This document shows, one piece after another, positions 10,956 through 22,329 of a DNA stretch of 64,000 nt. This DNA comes from Eledone cirrhosa. Lineage: Eukaryota. The DNA is taken from positions 50,282,001 to 50,346,000 of the forward strand of contig OZ024744.1 of the NCBI GenBank assembly GCA_964016885.1. The letters run 5' to 3'. Within the stretch, counting starts at the first letter, position 1, and the number at the start of each line of letters is the position of its first letter. The position numbers were made by a program, and so were the translations under genes. Under the pieces are notes generated by a model. It did not search any database and had not been told where the DNA came from. It saw nothing but the letters and a program-made list of their open reading frames with translations.

Positions 10956-13900
10956 GGCGACCTACGTAGGAAATCGTATTATCGTGAGCTCCGCAAAGAT
11001 ATGTTGTTTTCAGTTGTTTCAAATTGCCAGTTATGGAAAACTTTTATAAGTTCACATATATTGCTTTCTGAAAGGGACAGTAAACATGGACGGCTCTCAG
11101 CCACACAAAGCTGACAGCCTTTCTAACAAACTAACACCTCACATCAACACCACCATTGTAAACATTACTACGGTTGCCAACACTAAAAATATAAGCAGTG
11201 GCAATAATTTAAATTTGTCACATGCAGACATTCATTTCCCGCCATTACCAATAACTGCAAGTGTTAAAGCCAGCACCCCCACCATCACCACCACAGCGAC
11301 AACAGAAACAAAAAAAAAATTATTATCTTGTGACATCGAAATGGATTCACCCAGAATCGACTCTTCTATGCCGAATACCACTGACACCACAACCACCACC
11401 ACCACAACTGAAACTAAAAATAATAATAACAAAAATAACAATAACAACAGCAACAACAACACAATGAGAATAACAACAACAACATCAACACCAGAGCAAA
11501 ACAAAATGTGTCATTTGCCAAAGCACCCAAGTAAAGCGAAACAATCGAGGTAAGCCAGGATGAATTAAATGAAGCCAAGAGGATGGTTAAAAAAAGATGA
11601 GTACAGGGTCAGCTTCACCCCCCACCCACCCCCACCCCATCTAATAAAATAGAGCATCGGCACCTATGCACCGTGTTATATCGGACGATAAACACAAAGT
11701 CACGCAAAGTGGATCGGGCATCCGAGTCCCAGCTTTGGGACATGTGTGGGCAAAGAAAACCCACATCAGACGTGGGCAGAAATATGGAACCATGGACGTG
11801 TTCTTTGGAACCCCACAGGAAGCCAGAGAGCACTCCATGGCCCCATTAAGAAGTGACGAGTTCACACTCGTCCCAAGCTATTGTGGTCAGAGACTCGTGA
11901 AGATCAGGGTGACCCACATTCCGCCGGCCATCGAAATTCCCTGGCATCGAGGCCAACACTAAAATAATTGAGGTAACAAAAGAAAAGCAGGAGAACTGGT
12001 CCGGATCTGGGATGGAGCTCCTGATCCAAGCAGACCAAAAAAAACATTGAGGAAATTCCAAAGGTGATAGACCTCAATGACGGCAGCCACCTCACAATAA
12101 TCGTCGAGAGTAGAAGGCCTAGGTGTGTCGTTTGTGGTGAAGGAACCCACCTAAAGGCTTTCTGCCCTCAGGCTAAAATGTTGAGGCCACCTCTCCTACC
12201 CACCCCAGTGACTCAACCATCAACACCACCAGCAGCAGAAATGGCAACAACAACTGTAGCAGCAACAACAGAAGCAACTGTATCAGCAACAACCCCAGCA
12301 ACAGTAGCAAAACCACCACCACCACCACCACCACCACCACCACCACCACCACCACCACCACTCACCGTGCCAGAATTAGCACTAGCGCCTCCACCATCCA
12401 CCACGCCACAACCAAAACCAACGCCTGTGGATGATTTTCCACTCTCCGACCTATCGCAACTGGAGACAGATTGTGACGATGAGGAGTGGGAAACTGTAAC
12501 AGGAAAAAAGAAAAAAAGAAAAAGAACCCAAAAAAGAAAAACATTCTCTTCCTTCCTTCCCCCTCCAAAAACAAAATGCAGGGGGAAACAAATAAACAAA
12601 CAATCAAAAAGGTTAAGACAGGTATGCCACCACCCACACCAGCATCACCAGCCCTATCACCACAAACACCAACACCATCACCATCATTAACCCCAACACC
12701 ACCATCACCAACACCACAAAAATCACTAAAAAGCGAAACAGAAACAAACCCACAACAAACGCAAACAAAACAAAACAACCAAAACGATACACACTACACA
12801 GCATTAAATTTGAACAACCAATTATTACACTAGGGTCATCCAACACAACAGCCGCATCACAGAAAAAAGACTACACAACACCCCAAAAATTCACACCGCC
12901 TCCACACATACAAATCACTCGCATCACACAGAAAACGTACACGACACTAAAACAAAAACTCCCCAAGGACATCGGAAACTTCCGACAAACACTCTCCAGG
13001 AGGATTTATAAGGACATCCTTCCGGAGGAGGCCACAGGCAGTGAGAAGGATGGAGAAACCATCCTTCCTCTACGAGAAGTGAGGTAAGTGGTCTTTCCCA
13101 TCTTTTTCCACTCCTTTTCAACATGACCTCACTCAGAATAAGCAGCATAAATGCGCGTGGCCTGGGGTCGTCATGGAAGCAGGGCCACCTGCTCAACGTC
13201 CTCAGGACACTAAACATAGATATGGTGGCCATCAGCGAGACCGAAATCTTCGAAGCGCAGGCCTTCGCACCGATCTTCGGCGGCTACGATATGTACGCAT
13301 CTCCCAGCCGTCCGGGATCGGGGGGAAGAGTTGCTGTGCTTTTTCGGAGAGGTTTGGATCTCGCCATACGGGCCATCTTCCTGGACCCAGAAGGTAAGTT
13401 GGTGCTGTTGGACGTGACCAGCGGAGACGGGCAAGCTTTCAGGCTAGTGGCTGTCTATGCCCCGACAGGAGCAGGGCGGCCTGATTTCTTCCGGCGTCTG
13501 GAGACCTTTCTTGTTTAATGTTAGTGGGCGACTGGAACGGGATCTTAGATGCACGGTGGGACTGTGTGGGATTAGCGGATAGGGGACAAGGGTATAAAAG
13601 CCTCGCAAACCTGCTCAGACGGTTTCAACTCTCTGACAGGTACCGATTGGATTTCCCAAATGTGCCAATGTGGACTTGGTCAAACCGCATCGGGTCATCC
13701 AGATCATATCTAGATAGGGTATTTTGAAGAGAAATAGATAGGTCTAGTATAGGCTGTCCACATTTCAAAATAGTCAACTACAGGGACCAAAAATTCGCGA
13801 TCTGTGAGGTTGACTGACTTAGGCTTCATAGACAGGGACCCGGCTACTGGAAGCTAAACGCGTCATTAACAGCGCGCAATTCCTACAGAGACCCGATTAG

Positions 13901-16767
13901 CGAATTAGTTAAGCGGGCGTTGACGGGGGCCATCGTCAACAATAAAAGGTGGTTTGCTCTGAAAAGAGCGATTAGAATAGAGTCCATTAGGTTTAGAAAG
14001 GCTTTAGCAATAGAGAAAAATAGAGCAGAGGGAGAACTAGTTAGAAAATTAGACGAGGCGCTTGGGAAAGGCATCGCGACCGACGTACTTGCGGCGAAAT
14101 TGGCCCTTGACCAATTCTTCAATGCAAAGCACGAAAGCTGCGTTGTCAGAGTTAGGGTGCATGCTCTCAGGAACGAGGGCCCGAGTGGCGGAGGCGAGTC
14201 GTGGCAACAAAGCCACGATCCGATCTTTGGTGGACCACGACGCATGCTACTCGATCCCGGGCAAATGTGAAGTTTTTCAGCGACACTTCGCTCAGCTGTT
14301 CGGGGGCAGCGGCGGGCCGGGTCGAGGGATGGACTTTAGTGCCTACCTCGACGGACTGCCGCGGCTCTCGGCCACTGAGGTGGAGTGTTGCGAAAAGCCG
14401 ATAACAGCCGCTGAAGTACGGGAGGCACTAACTGCCTGCACAAGGGGTAAATCGTCTGGTTTGGATGGTCTGCCCTATGAACCAGATGCCAGACTTGTTC
14501 GGAGGCCTCTTGTCGGACGTCTACTGCAACTGGCAACAGAATGGGAGAATTCCCAGCTCTGTGAGCCGAAGAGCGGCGGCGCTGCTGAGAAAGGATCCGA
14601 ACAACGGGGATAACATAGATAATTTCAGCCCATAACTCTGCTAAACACAGAAGGCAAGATTTTGGCCAAGGTGCTAGCAAACAGGTTGGCTCTTGTCGTT
14701 GGTGGTCTGGTGGGAGAGGCGCAGACATGCGCCATTCCAGACAGATCCATCCACGACAACCTCTACCTCATGCGATACACCGTGGAGAGGGTAGCTAGGG
14801 AACCTGGCACGGGTGGGTCCTTGATCAATTTAGATCAGTCGACAGCTTTCGATTAGGGTCGACCATCGTTATCTGGCGGCAGTCCTGAGGGCGGCTGGCT
14901 TTGGGCCCGTCTTCAGGGGCTGGATTGCTGTCATGTACAGCGACCTCTGCTCTGTGGTGAGAGTGAATGGTCACTTTTCGGAACCGTTCAACATTATGCG
15001 CTCGGTCCGCCAAGGATGTCCCCTCTCGTCCCTCTTGTACGTATTGACTCTCGAGCCATTACTGCACAAACTGGAGACGTTGCGGGGGATCCGGCGCGAA
15101 CTAGGATGCGGAAGATCCGTATCAACATATTCGGACGATGTTACCGTAGTGGTGTCGAACGCCAAACACATCGAGGCGATCGGCACTACACTAAGAGAAT
15201 ACGAAGCGGTGACAGGAGCAATGATCAACCAGGAAAAGTCGGTGGGCCTGCAGCTCGGCACCTAGAGAGGCAAGTCCATGCCGTCCAACAGCGTCGTCGG
15301 GCGCTGGACAGACGGACCGGTTAAATTGCTAGGGGTCTGGTTCGGTCCGGATCTCCAGACGGACAAAAACTGGGACGAGGTGACGAGCAGGGAGGCCTCT
15401 CTCACCCAAAAATAGGCAGAAAGGAAGCTATCCCTGAAAGGTCGAGCGGAGGTGGCGAATGCGTACATCGCGTCCGTCATCTACTACCGCCTGACCGTCA
15501 TGCCTTGTCCTAAGCCTCGTATGACTGTGCTGGAGCGTTTGCTCTTTCGCTTTTTGGGGAAGGGACGCGCTCCGATGGTCAGGCGGTCCATCTGCTATCA
15601 AGACCCGCTACGTGGAGGGCTGGGCATGCCGTGGCTGATGATGCACAGACACGCGCTCAGGCTACAAAATCCTCACCTCTTCCTCGACGGTGATCAGGTG
15701 TGGTCGCCGTTTACTAGACGCGTCTTTCCCCAGCTCGTCTCCTTGATGGAGCTGCAGTCCAGGGACAAGCGAAGACCGAGAGGCAGCGCTTGGAGACTGG
15801 AATGTCTTCAGGCGCTCACAGTCCTCGACCAGTCGGGCAATGTGATCGGTGGAAACTCCACCTTGGCGTTCTATAGAGGATTAGTGGAGGGAAAGAGCGA
15901 CGTAGTACTTGGGGAAACTCTAGGCGTCGACGAAAATGAACTAGCCAATGTCTTCGGAAGAACTTTCGGGCCGAGGCCTATGAAAAATTTCCAGAAATCC
16001 CTGGCCTGGCAGTGCTACCGAGGAGCTTTGTCAGTTCGGGATAAACTCTACAGGTATGGAGGTGCCGTAAGCCGGGCATGTCCGAGATGCGCGTAGGGCG
16101 ACAAAACCGTCCTGCACGCACTCGTCCAGTGTCCGAGTATTGCTGACTTGTGGGTTTATGTCGAACACCTGCTGTCGCGTGTAGGACGGATCCGGATATC
16201 AGCTGAGTCCATCGTGAGGATTTCCCCGCCCTTTTCTTTTAGCCGGGAAGGGCAGGCAGTTGTTATCTGTCTGGTGGCCATGGCGAAAGAGATAGTATGG
16301 TGGACGCGTTTGAAAGGGCAGGACTTACCACTTCGGTGATGCCCTGATTAACTTTTTCAAATTTCATTTGAAAAAGAAAATCAGGGTAGAGAGGGAAATG
16401 CTCTCTTCCCAGCATTTTGTTGAAAGATGGGTGAGAGAAGCAAGTATGGCCCGAGTGAATGGACCTACTCTGAGTGTATGCTTGTAAATTGAAGGTGGAA
16501 AACTGGGAGAGGGCACTTGCCCTGGTGGTCAGGGACACCGTGGCTTTTTTAATGGGCTTTCTCCAAGATGGCCCTCGGAAGTCTCCCCCTATTGGGGAAT
16601 TTTTCATTGTTCTTTTATTACATCCTCTGTTTTTTTTGGGGGGGGGGGTTTACACGCAGAAATGCCCATTTGTACCGTCCTGTATTGTCCTGTACTGTCC
16701 TTAATGTCTACTTTATGTAAACCCTTGTGGTTAATAAAGAAAGCATTATTATTATTATTATTATTAT

Positions 16768-16768
<1 letters not shown>
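10956..16768 (+). mobile_element. Tx1/L1-clade non-LTR retrotransposon, copy B, apparently full length but decayed
   Basis: 5' UTR, broken ORF1 (11086-13087, CCHC at ~12124), ORF2 from 13123 with many stops and frameshifts but closely similar to copy A, 3' UTR with AATAAA, (ATT)n tail at 16745-16768. Confidence 0.9.
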
Positions 16769-16834
<66 letters not shown>

Positions 16835-16994
16835 CGTCGTCGTAGTTGTCGTAGTAGCAGTCGTAGTACTAGTAGCACCAGCAGCAGCAACAACAGCAGC
16901 AGCAGCAGTAGTAGTAATAGTAGTAGTAGTAATAGTAGTAGTAGTAGTAGTAGGAGGAGGAGGAGGAGGAGGAGGAGGAGGAGGAGGAGGAGGA
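16745..16994. repeat. Compound trinucleotide microsatellite (ATT)n-(AGT)n-(CGT/AGC)n-(AGT)n-(AGG)n
   Basis: Read directly; all motifs keep the 3-bp phase. Confidence 0.95.
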
Positions 16995-18470
16995 GTTGCC
17001 CACTTATTCCTGGGGTGTCGTGAGGGCTGAGTCCTGTCAAAAGCGACCGTCTCCAATTGATCCAGCCAAACTCATGGATGTTATCTGCAGGCTGATTTTT
17101 ATCCGTAAAATCCACCCACCAGTTCTGTCCAGAGACATTCTAACCACAGGTCCATTGTATCGGAGATGTGATCTCTCAGTTTGGAGAACTAGCGGCTCTA
17201 TCTGGAGTGACTCTCTGAGCTCCGAGTTACACACTCTATCGGGTAACGTTACTCCAAAAAACCCTTCAGAAGAACCACATTTCAGCCGCTTATATTCACG
17301 ATCGTATTCTTTCAGTTATTACCCAAGATTCATAACAATAGGTAAGGGTTGGTACGAATACCGAATTGAAGATAGCGAGTTTGACTTTTACACCTGCCTT
17401 CATTTTTTTATGACCGATAACTGAAGCTGGCGCATTTCTGCACTAATTCCTGCAATTCTTACATTCAGTACAACCTCCTGCCTTCCATTACTTGTAAACA
17501 TTGCCCCGAGCATTCGAGAGCAAATCTATTAAGTACATGTCGTAGACCAACTTCCTGCGAGTTAAGTAATACGATATTGTCCACAAATTCCAGCCGACTG
17601 ATCCCATGCCCGCCAGACTTGATACCACATGTCATGTCAATTCTGCCTGTGAATATTATGAACAGGTGAGGAGACAGTACGCACCCTTGGCGGCGTCCAT
17701 ACACGAACATTGAATAGTTTCGACATAGCACCATTTACCCGAACATAAATACTAAGGTATTCGTATAATGACTTTAGTGCAGCAAGAAGTTGCCCATCGA
17801 ATCATACTCTTGCAGAACATTCCATAACAGGTCCCGTGGAACGCGATCATATGCCTTTTCGAGGTCTACGAAACAAGTATGCACCACTTGGTAATACTCC
17901 AATGATTTCTTAAAAACATGCGGCAATGTGAATATTTGGTTGGCTGTATTGCGTCCGGGGCGAAAATGACACTGTTCGTCGGTTAGCTTGGACTCCTCAA
18001 TATCCCTGCATCTCTTTTCCAGACACTTAGCATAGACTTTACCGGGAAGAATTAACAATGAGATCTCTCTAAAATTGGAGCAATCTCTCTTTCCATTTTT
18101 GAAAATTAGGATTCTCTCTCCCGATTACCATTACAAGAGATATAGGCCACCCGGCACACCAGAGAATACCTTCTCTATTAAAGGATGTTAACATCTCAGG
18201 CCAAATTTCATCCTCCCCAGAGGCCTTGCCACATTTTAGCTCTTTAATTGCTCTTTTGACCTCAGCCTCCGAGAAGTTAGTCATCGTTCCCAGATACACC
18301 TCATATATATTAGGAGATGATGAGTGACTGAGATTAGGAGATCAGCAAAGTATTCTCTCCATCTCGCGAAGATCCATCTCTCTGAAGAAAGGAGAACCCC
18401 AGACACGTTCCTGATAGCAGGCATGAAGGAGGACTTCTTATTACAAATAGGCAAATAGCTTTGTGCCATA
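16995..18470 (-). mobile_element. RTE-clade LINE, 5'-truncated and decayed
   Basis: RWREYFADLL; GKASGEDEI; LPGKVYAKCLEKR..EQCHFRPGRNT..CFVDLEKAYDRVPR; RQGCVLSPHLF; FVDNIVLL; C-terminal ERSHLRY..VRM. 3' end runs into the compound microsatellite. Confidence 0.85.
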
Positions 18471-18542
18471 GAACTATAAACTGAAAGAATCAGGACAGTT
18501 CCAGATAGCAGGGTCTGGTATTAAATAGATTAAAATACTTAC

Positions 18543-18623
18543 GGGAATTTATTGCCTCTGTATATTCTGGCGCGTGTACGAAGATAATTCTGTCCTTCTT
18601 CTTATAAACGTTTAGTAAATAGT
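18543..18623 (-). CDS. Candidate internal coding exon of an unidentified host gene (81 bp, symmetric phase 1)
   Basis: Minus-strand acceptor TATTTTGTCTTTCAG| and donor |GTAAGTA; length divisible by 3; only one open frame: xYLLNVYKKKDRIIFVHAPEYTEAINSx; non-repetitive island between TEs. Confidence 0.45.
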
Positions 18624-18644
18624 CTGAAAGACAAAATACAAGTA

Positions 18645-19025
18645 TTATATATATATGTGTGTGTATGAGTGTGCGTGTGTGTGTGGTGTAGTGTGTGTGT
18701 GTATGCGTGCGTGCATGCGCGCATATGTGTATGTCTGTTCGGATGCGTGCATGCGCGCATATGTGTATGTCTGTTCGGATATGTCATGTGGCTATGTGCG
18801 TATGCGCGTGGCTACGTGTACGTGTGATCTTAGTAGTATGTGATGTTTGTGTGTGTGTTTGCTCAGTGATGGCGCGCGTGCGTGTCTATATGATTGTCTG
18901 TATATGTGTCAAACTGTGTTTGTGTTGTGTGTTTTATAAATGTGTATAGTTCTGTCTATGTGTGTGTTTTGTATATTTCCAATGCGTGTGTGAGCACCAT
19001 TTCAGAGGTGTGTGTGTGTATGAGA
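18645..19025. repeat. Degenerate (GT/AT/GC)n alternating purine-pyrimidine tract with an internal ~36-bp duplication
   Basis: gcgtgcatgcgcgcatatgtgtatgtctgttcggat occurs twice in tandem (~18709-18780). Confidence 0.85.
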
Positions 19026-19119
19026 GAAGGGGGTGGTATAAAACTATGTAATTCCCCACAAAAAATGTACTCAAAGAAGTGGTGTTGGTGATGATGTTAA
19101 GAGTGGTGAAGGTGGCAGT

Positions 19120-19325
19120 CAATAACGAGATACATGAACTTCTCCACCTGCATCAGTGGAACTCCAATCACATGTAAAGTGTACTGCCCAGGCTTGTTTA
19201 AGGGGACTAGTATCCCAGTTTTTGCAGCACTGATTTTCATTCCAGCTATGCAGCACTCGGCATCAAACCTATCAAGTGTAAATCGGAGATCACCTTCTGT
19301 CGAGTTGAGTAATAACCTGCACAGG
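19120..19325 (-). mobile_element. RTE-clade RT C-terminal fragment
   Basis: LLLNSTEGDLRFTLDRFDAECCIAGMKISAAKT..LMQVEKFMYL (region after YADD, through motif 7). Confidence 0.8.
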
Positions 19326-19329
19326 GAAG

Positions 19330-21125
19330 CATAGGATGGACGCACAAAGATTGCGTATCCAGAGACCCCAAAGAAGGTCCGGAAGGGAGCAAACCTTGAC
19401 AATTGAAACCTGGAACATCACAACCCTTACAGGCAAGGATCAGGGACTAGTGAATGGAGCTAGATGCTACCGGCTAGATATAGTCGGGGTTTCCTCAACA
19501 AAGTTCCGTGGCCCTGGTACTGCAGATCTGGATGGAGGATGAAACTCACTATTCAGGTGTGGAACCGAAAATGCACAGGTGGGATTAGGGATACTCACAA
19601 GCCCCCGGCTGTCAGAATGTGTTGTGGATTGGATCCCATTAGGAGGGAGGATTTGCCTCTTGAAGCTTAGACTGAAAAATAGGTCTCTGTGGCTGGTACA
19701 AGTTTATGCATCAAACAAGGAGTCCGAATACAGATCCTTCCTTGATGATGTCACTGTAGTATTAAATGTAATTAAGATTCATATACCCTAATGGGAGACT
19801 TCATGTTGGCACTGACGACCTGACATGGAAAGGAGTGATTGGAAGGAATGGTGACCTCGATCTAAATACAAATAGAGAGGCTTTATTAGACTTCTGTTCT
19901 AGCAATGAACTCTCTATTATGAGCACTTTCACAAAGACATCCATAAATATACATGGTACAAGGGTAATTAGGGACAGAGATCAATAAATGATTTTGTTAT
20001 TGTCTCTGATCTCTTCGATTCTGTGCTGGATGTTCATGTTAAGAGATGGGCTGAGCTGTCAACCAATCACCATCTAGTTATCTGCAACTTGAAACTACAG
20101 GATCTATTTCGGTCTACAACATAAAGTGGGAAGCATTGGTGGATAAGGAGGTCAGGACCAGGTATGCAGATACTATTGCATCCAAATTCAGAGAACTCCC
20201 TGAACAAACTGAGGATGTTGAGACAGAGTGGAGATTGTTCAGCTCAGCAGTTTCTGCTTCAGTTGTTAAATGGTGCTGGCAAAGAGGCTTTGTGAGATGC
20301 CAGATGGCAGGAAGACCCTTGGTTTGATTAAGAAGTCAAAGATGCCATCCGAGCAAAGAAGGAGGACTACAAAGACTAATCTCACAGGGCCTAAGGTTAC
20401 AAGCGCAGTTAAAGATCTCAAGTGTGACAAGGCCATCGGGGAAGATGAAATCCGGTCCAAGATGTTAAAAGCTTTAAATAGAGAAGGTATTCTCTGGCAG
20501 ACTCGTATATGTCGTGTGGCCTGGATCTTTGGAAGAGCACCTAAACAATGACAATCGGGGGTGATAATCCCAATTTTCAAAAAGGGAGACAAGAGAGATT
20601 GTTCCAAATACAGAGGGATCTCCTAGTTAAGTCTCCCCAGTAAAGTCTATGCTAAGTGTCTGGCAAAGAGATGCAGGGAGATTGTCAAGTCCGAGCTAGC
20701 TGATGAACAGTGTGGTTTTTGCCCCGGATGCAGCACAACCCACCAAATATTCACACTGTGGCAGGTATTCGAGAAATCGTGGGAGTATTGCCAAGAAGTA
20801 TATTATTGTTTTGTAGACCTCAAAAAGGCCTATGATCACATTCCCGGGACCTGCTGTGGAAGGCTGAAAGGAGTATGGGATTGATGGTCAGCTCTTGCTG
20901 CCCTGATGTCTCTATATGAATACTCGAGTATTTATAAATGGTGCTTAATTGAAACCATTCAATGTGGGAGTCGGATTCGGCCAAGGGCACATACTGTCAC
21001 CTCTCCTGTTCATTATTTACATTAACAGGATTGACATGCGCAGCCGATTTAGAAGTAGTATCATGACTGGCGAGTGTAAAATCAGTCGGCTGGAATTTGC
21101 TGAAGACATGGTATTACTTAACTCA
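19330..21125 (+). mobile_element. RTE-clade LINE fragment (APE through the RT YADD region), decayed
   Basis: TWNITTLTGK..YRLDIVGVSSTK; GILTSPRL..VQVYA; mGDF; KAIGEDEI; IIPIFKKGDKRDCSKYRGIS; FVDLKKAYD; GQGHILSPLLF; FAEDMVLLNS. Confidence 0.85.
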
Positions 21126-21439
21126 TTTGATGTATAAAAAAAAACGAAATGGTCACAGCTTTACAACGATTTTTCAACCATAGCTCTGTTGACAAAATAG
21201 ATATGATAGTCTAAGATAAACATATAGAATATATACTGCTTGCCCAAATAAAGATAGGTTGGTCACAGCTGGGAGAGCCCGATCTTCGTTTATAAAATAC
21301 ATTAGTTTAACAACTACGCATTTATAAATACGACTGGGCTTATTCATATTATGTTTTGGTATAGTAATATATCTTATCTTATGAAATCAAATGCTATGTG
21401 TGTGTATATATTGTTATTTCTGTTTGCCTTTTGCATATA

Positions 21440-21600
21440 TCTATACTATAAAGCTGACGGCTGTCTGTAAGTAACAAACTTTCCGCCAAACGGCTGGACT
21501 AAACGGCACCAAATTTGCACCTTAGATGTAACTTTTTCCAAGTAAGAAAGTGAGGGTATTTTTGTCTACTGAATTTTGTTAAAAGATTAAAGACATAATT
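21440..21600 (+). mobile_element. Helitron-like 5' terminus
   Basis: A|TCTATACTATAAAGCTGAC..TGTCTGT..AAACGGCTGGAC..CACCAAATT: a TC start after A, resembling invertebrate Helitron 5' ends from recollection. No CTRR/hairpin end seen nearby; right boundary unknown. Confidence 0.5.
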
Positions 21601-21875
21601 TAAATATTCACTTCTTTAAAATTTTCAAATGTCAACACTTCCGGTTATACGAAATTCCTAACGTCTTCACGAACCAAAGTAACATCTTCCTGTTTTCTTT
21701 CGGTTGCAACGTTTTTCGAAATATTTACTTCTGCGTTCACAGATTGATTTTTTTTAGTTTCAGAGATCCCGTTAAGGGTGAAAGCAGCGATTCTTTGCTT
21801 AAACTTTAATCTGTTATTTTAATATATATATATATAATTATATATTCGTGTACAGATATAAACACATATGTATAG

Positions 21876-21923
21876 ACTAACAAAGTTCTTTCGTTGCACA
21901 TCTGCAACATCATCAGTGGTACT
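21876..21923 (-). ncRNA. Minimal type-I hammerhead-ribozyme-like motif (Penelope-associated type), probably degenerate
   Basis: Minus strand AGTACCA-CTGATGA-T-GTTGCA(GATG)TGCAAC-GAAA-GAAC-TT-TGTTAGT: both catalytic boxes and a perfect 6-bp stem II; stem I pairs 5 of 7; stem III vestigial. Confidence 0.5.
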
Positions 21924-22043
21924 ATTATGTTCCTCCTGTTGTATTGTATGGTAGACATAAAATACAACGTTTGGCTAAATTAAAGGGAATGTTAAGTTTT
22001 GTATGTTTTGGGTGATTTGATGTGAAGACAGACTTTAGACATT

Positions 22044-22080
<37 letters not shown>

Positions 22081-22085
<5 letters not shown>

Positions 22086-22262
22086 CATATGTGTAATTCT
22101 GAGACGAAGGAGGAAACAGAAACCATGTTCTCTCCCTCCTCTCGTTTTTCTGCTCTTAAACTTCCTGTGGTTACATATAAACATGTGTGTGTGTGTGTGT
22201 GTATGTATGTGTATGTGTGTGTGTGCGCGTACATACATACATGTATACATACACACACACAT
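22081..22262 (+). repeat. Left arm of a ~180-bp inverted repeat (partner ~25917-26092)
   Basis: aaatacatatgtgtaattctgagacgaaggaggaaacagaaaccatgttctctccctcctct... is the reverse complement of 26092-25917 with few mismatches. Confidence 0.9.
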
Positions 22263-22329
22263 GCATGCATATATATATATCCTAACTGGTGTGCCTGCTC
22301 TCCACATTTTATTATTATTATATATATAG

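Noticed and set aside
16604-17115. Homopolymeric ORFs (poly-L/S/V/T/P), and YI/HT/CV-repeat ORFs at 18.6, 22 and 25-26 kb
   Set aside because: Translations of microsatellites.
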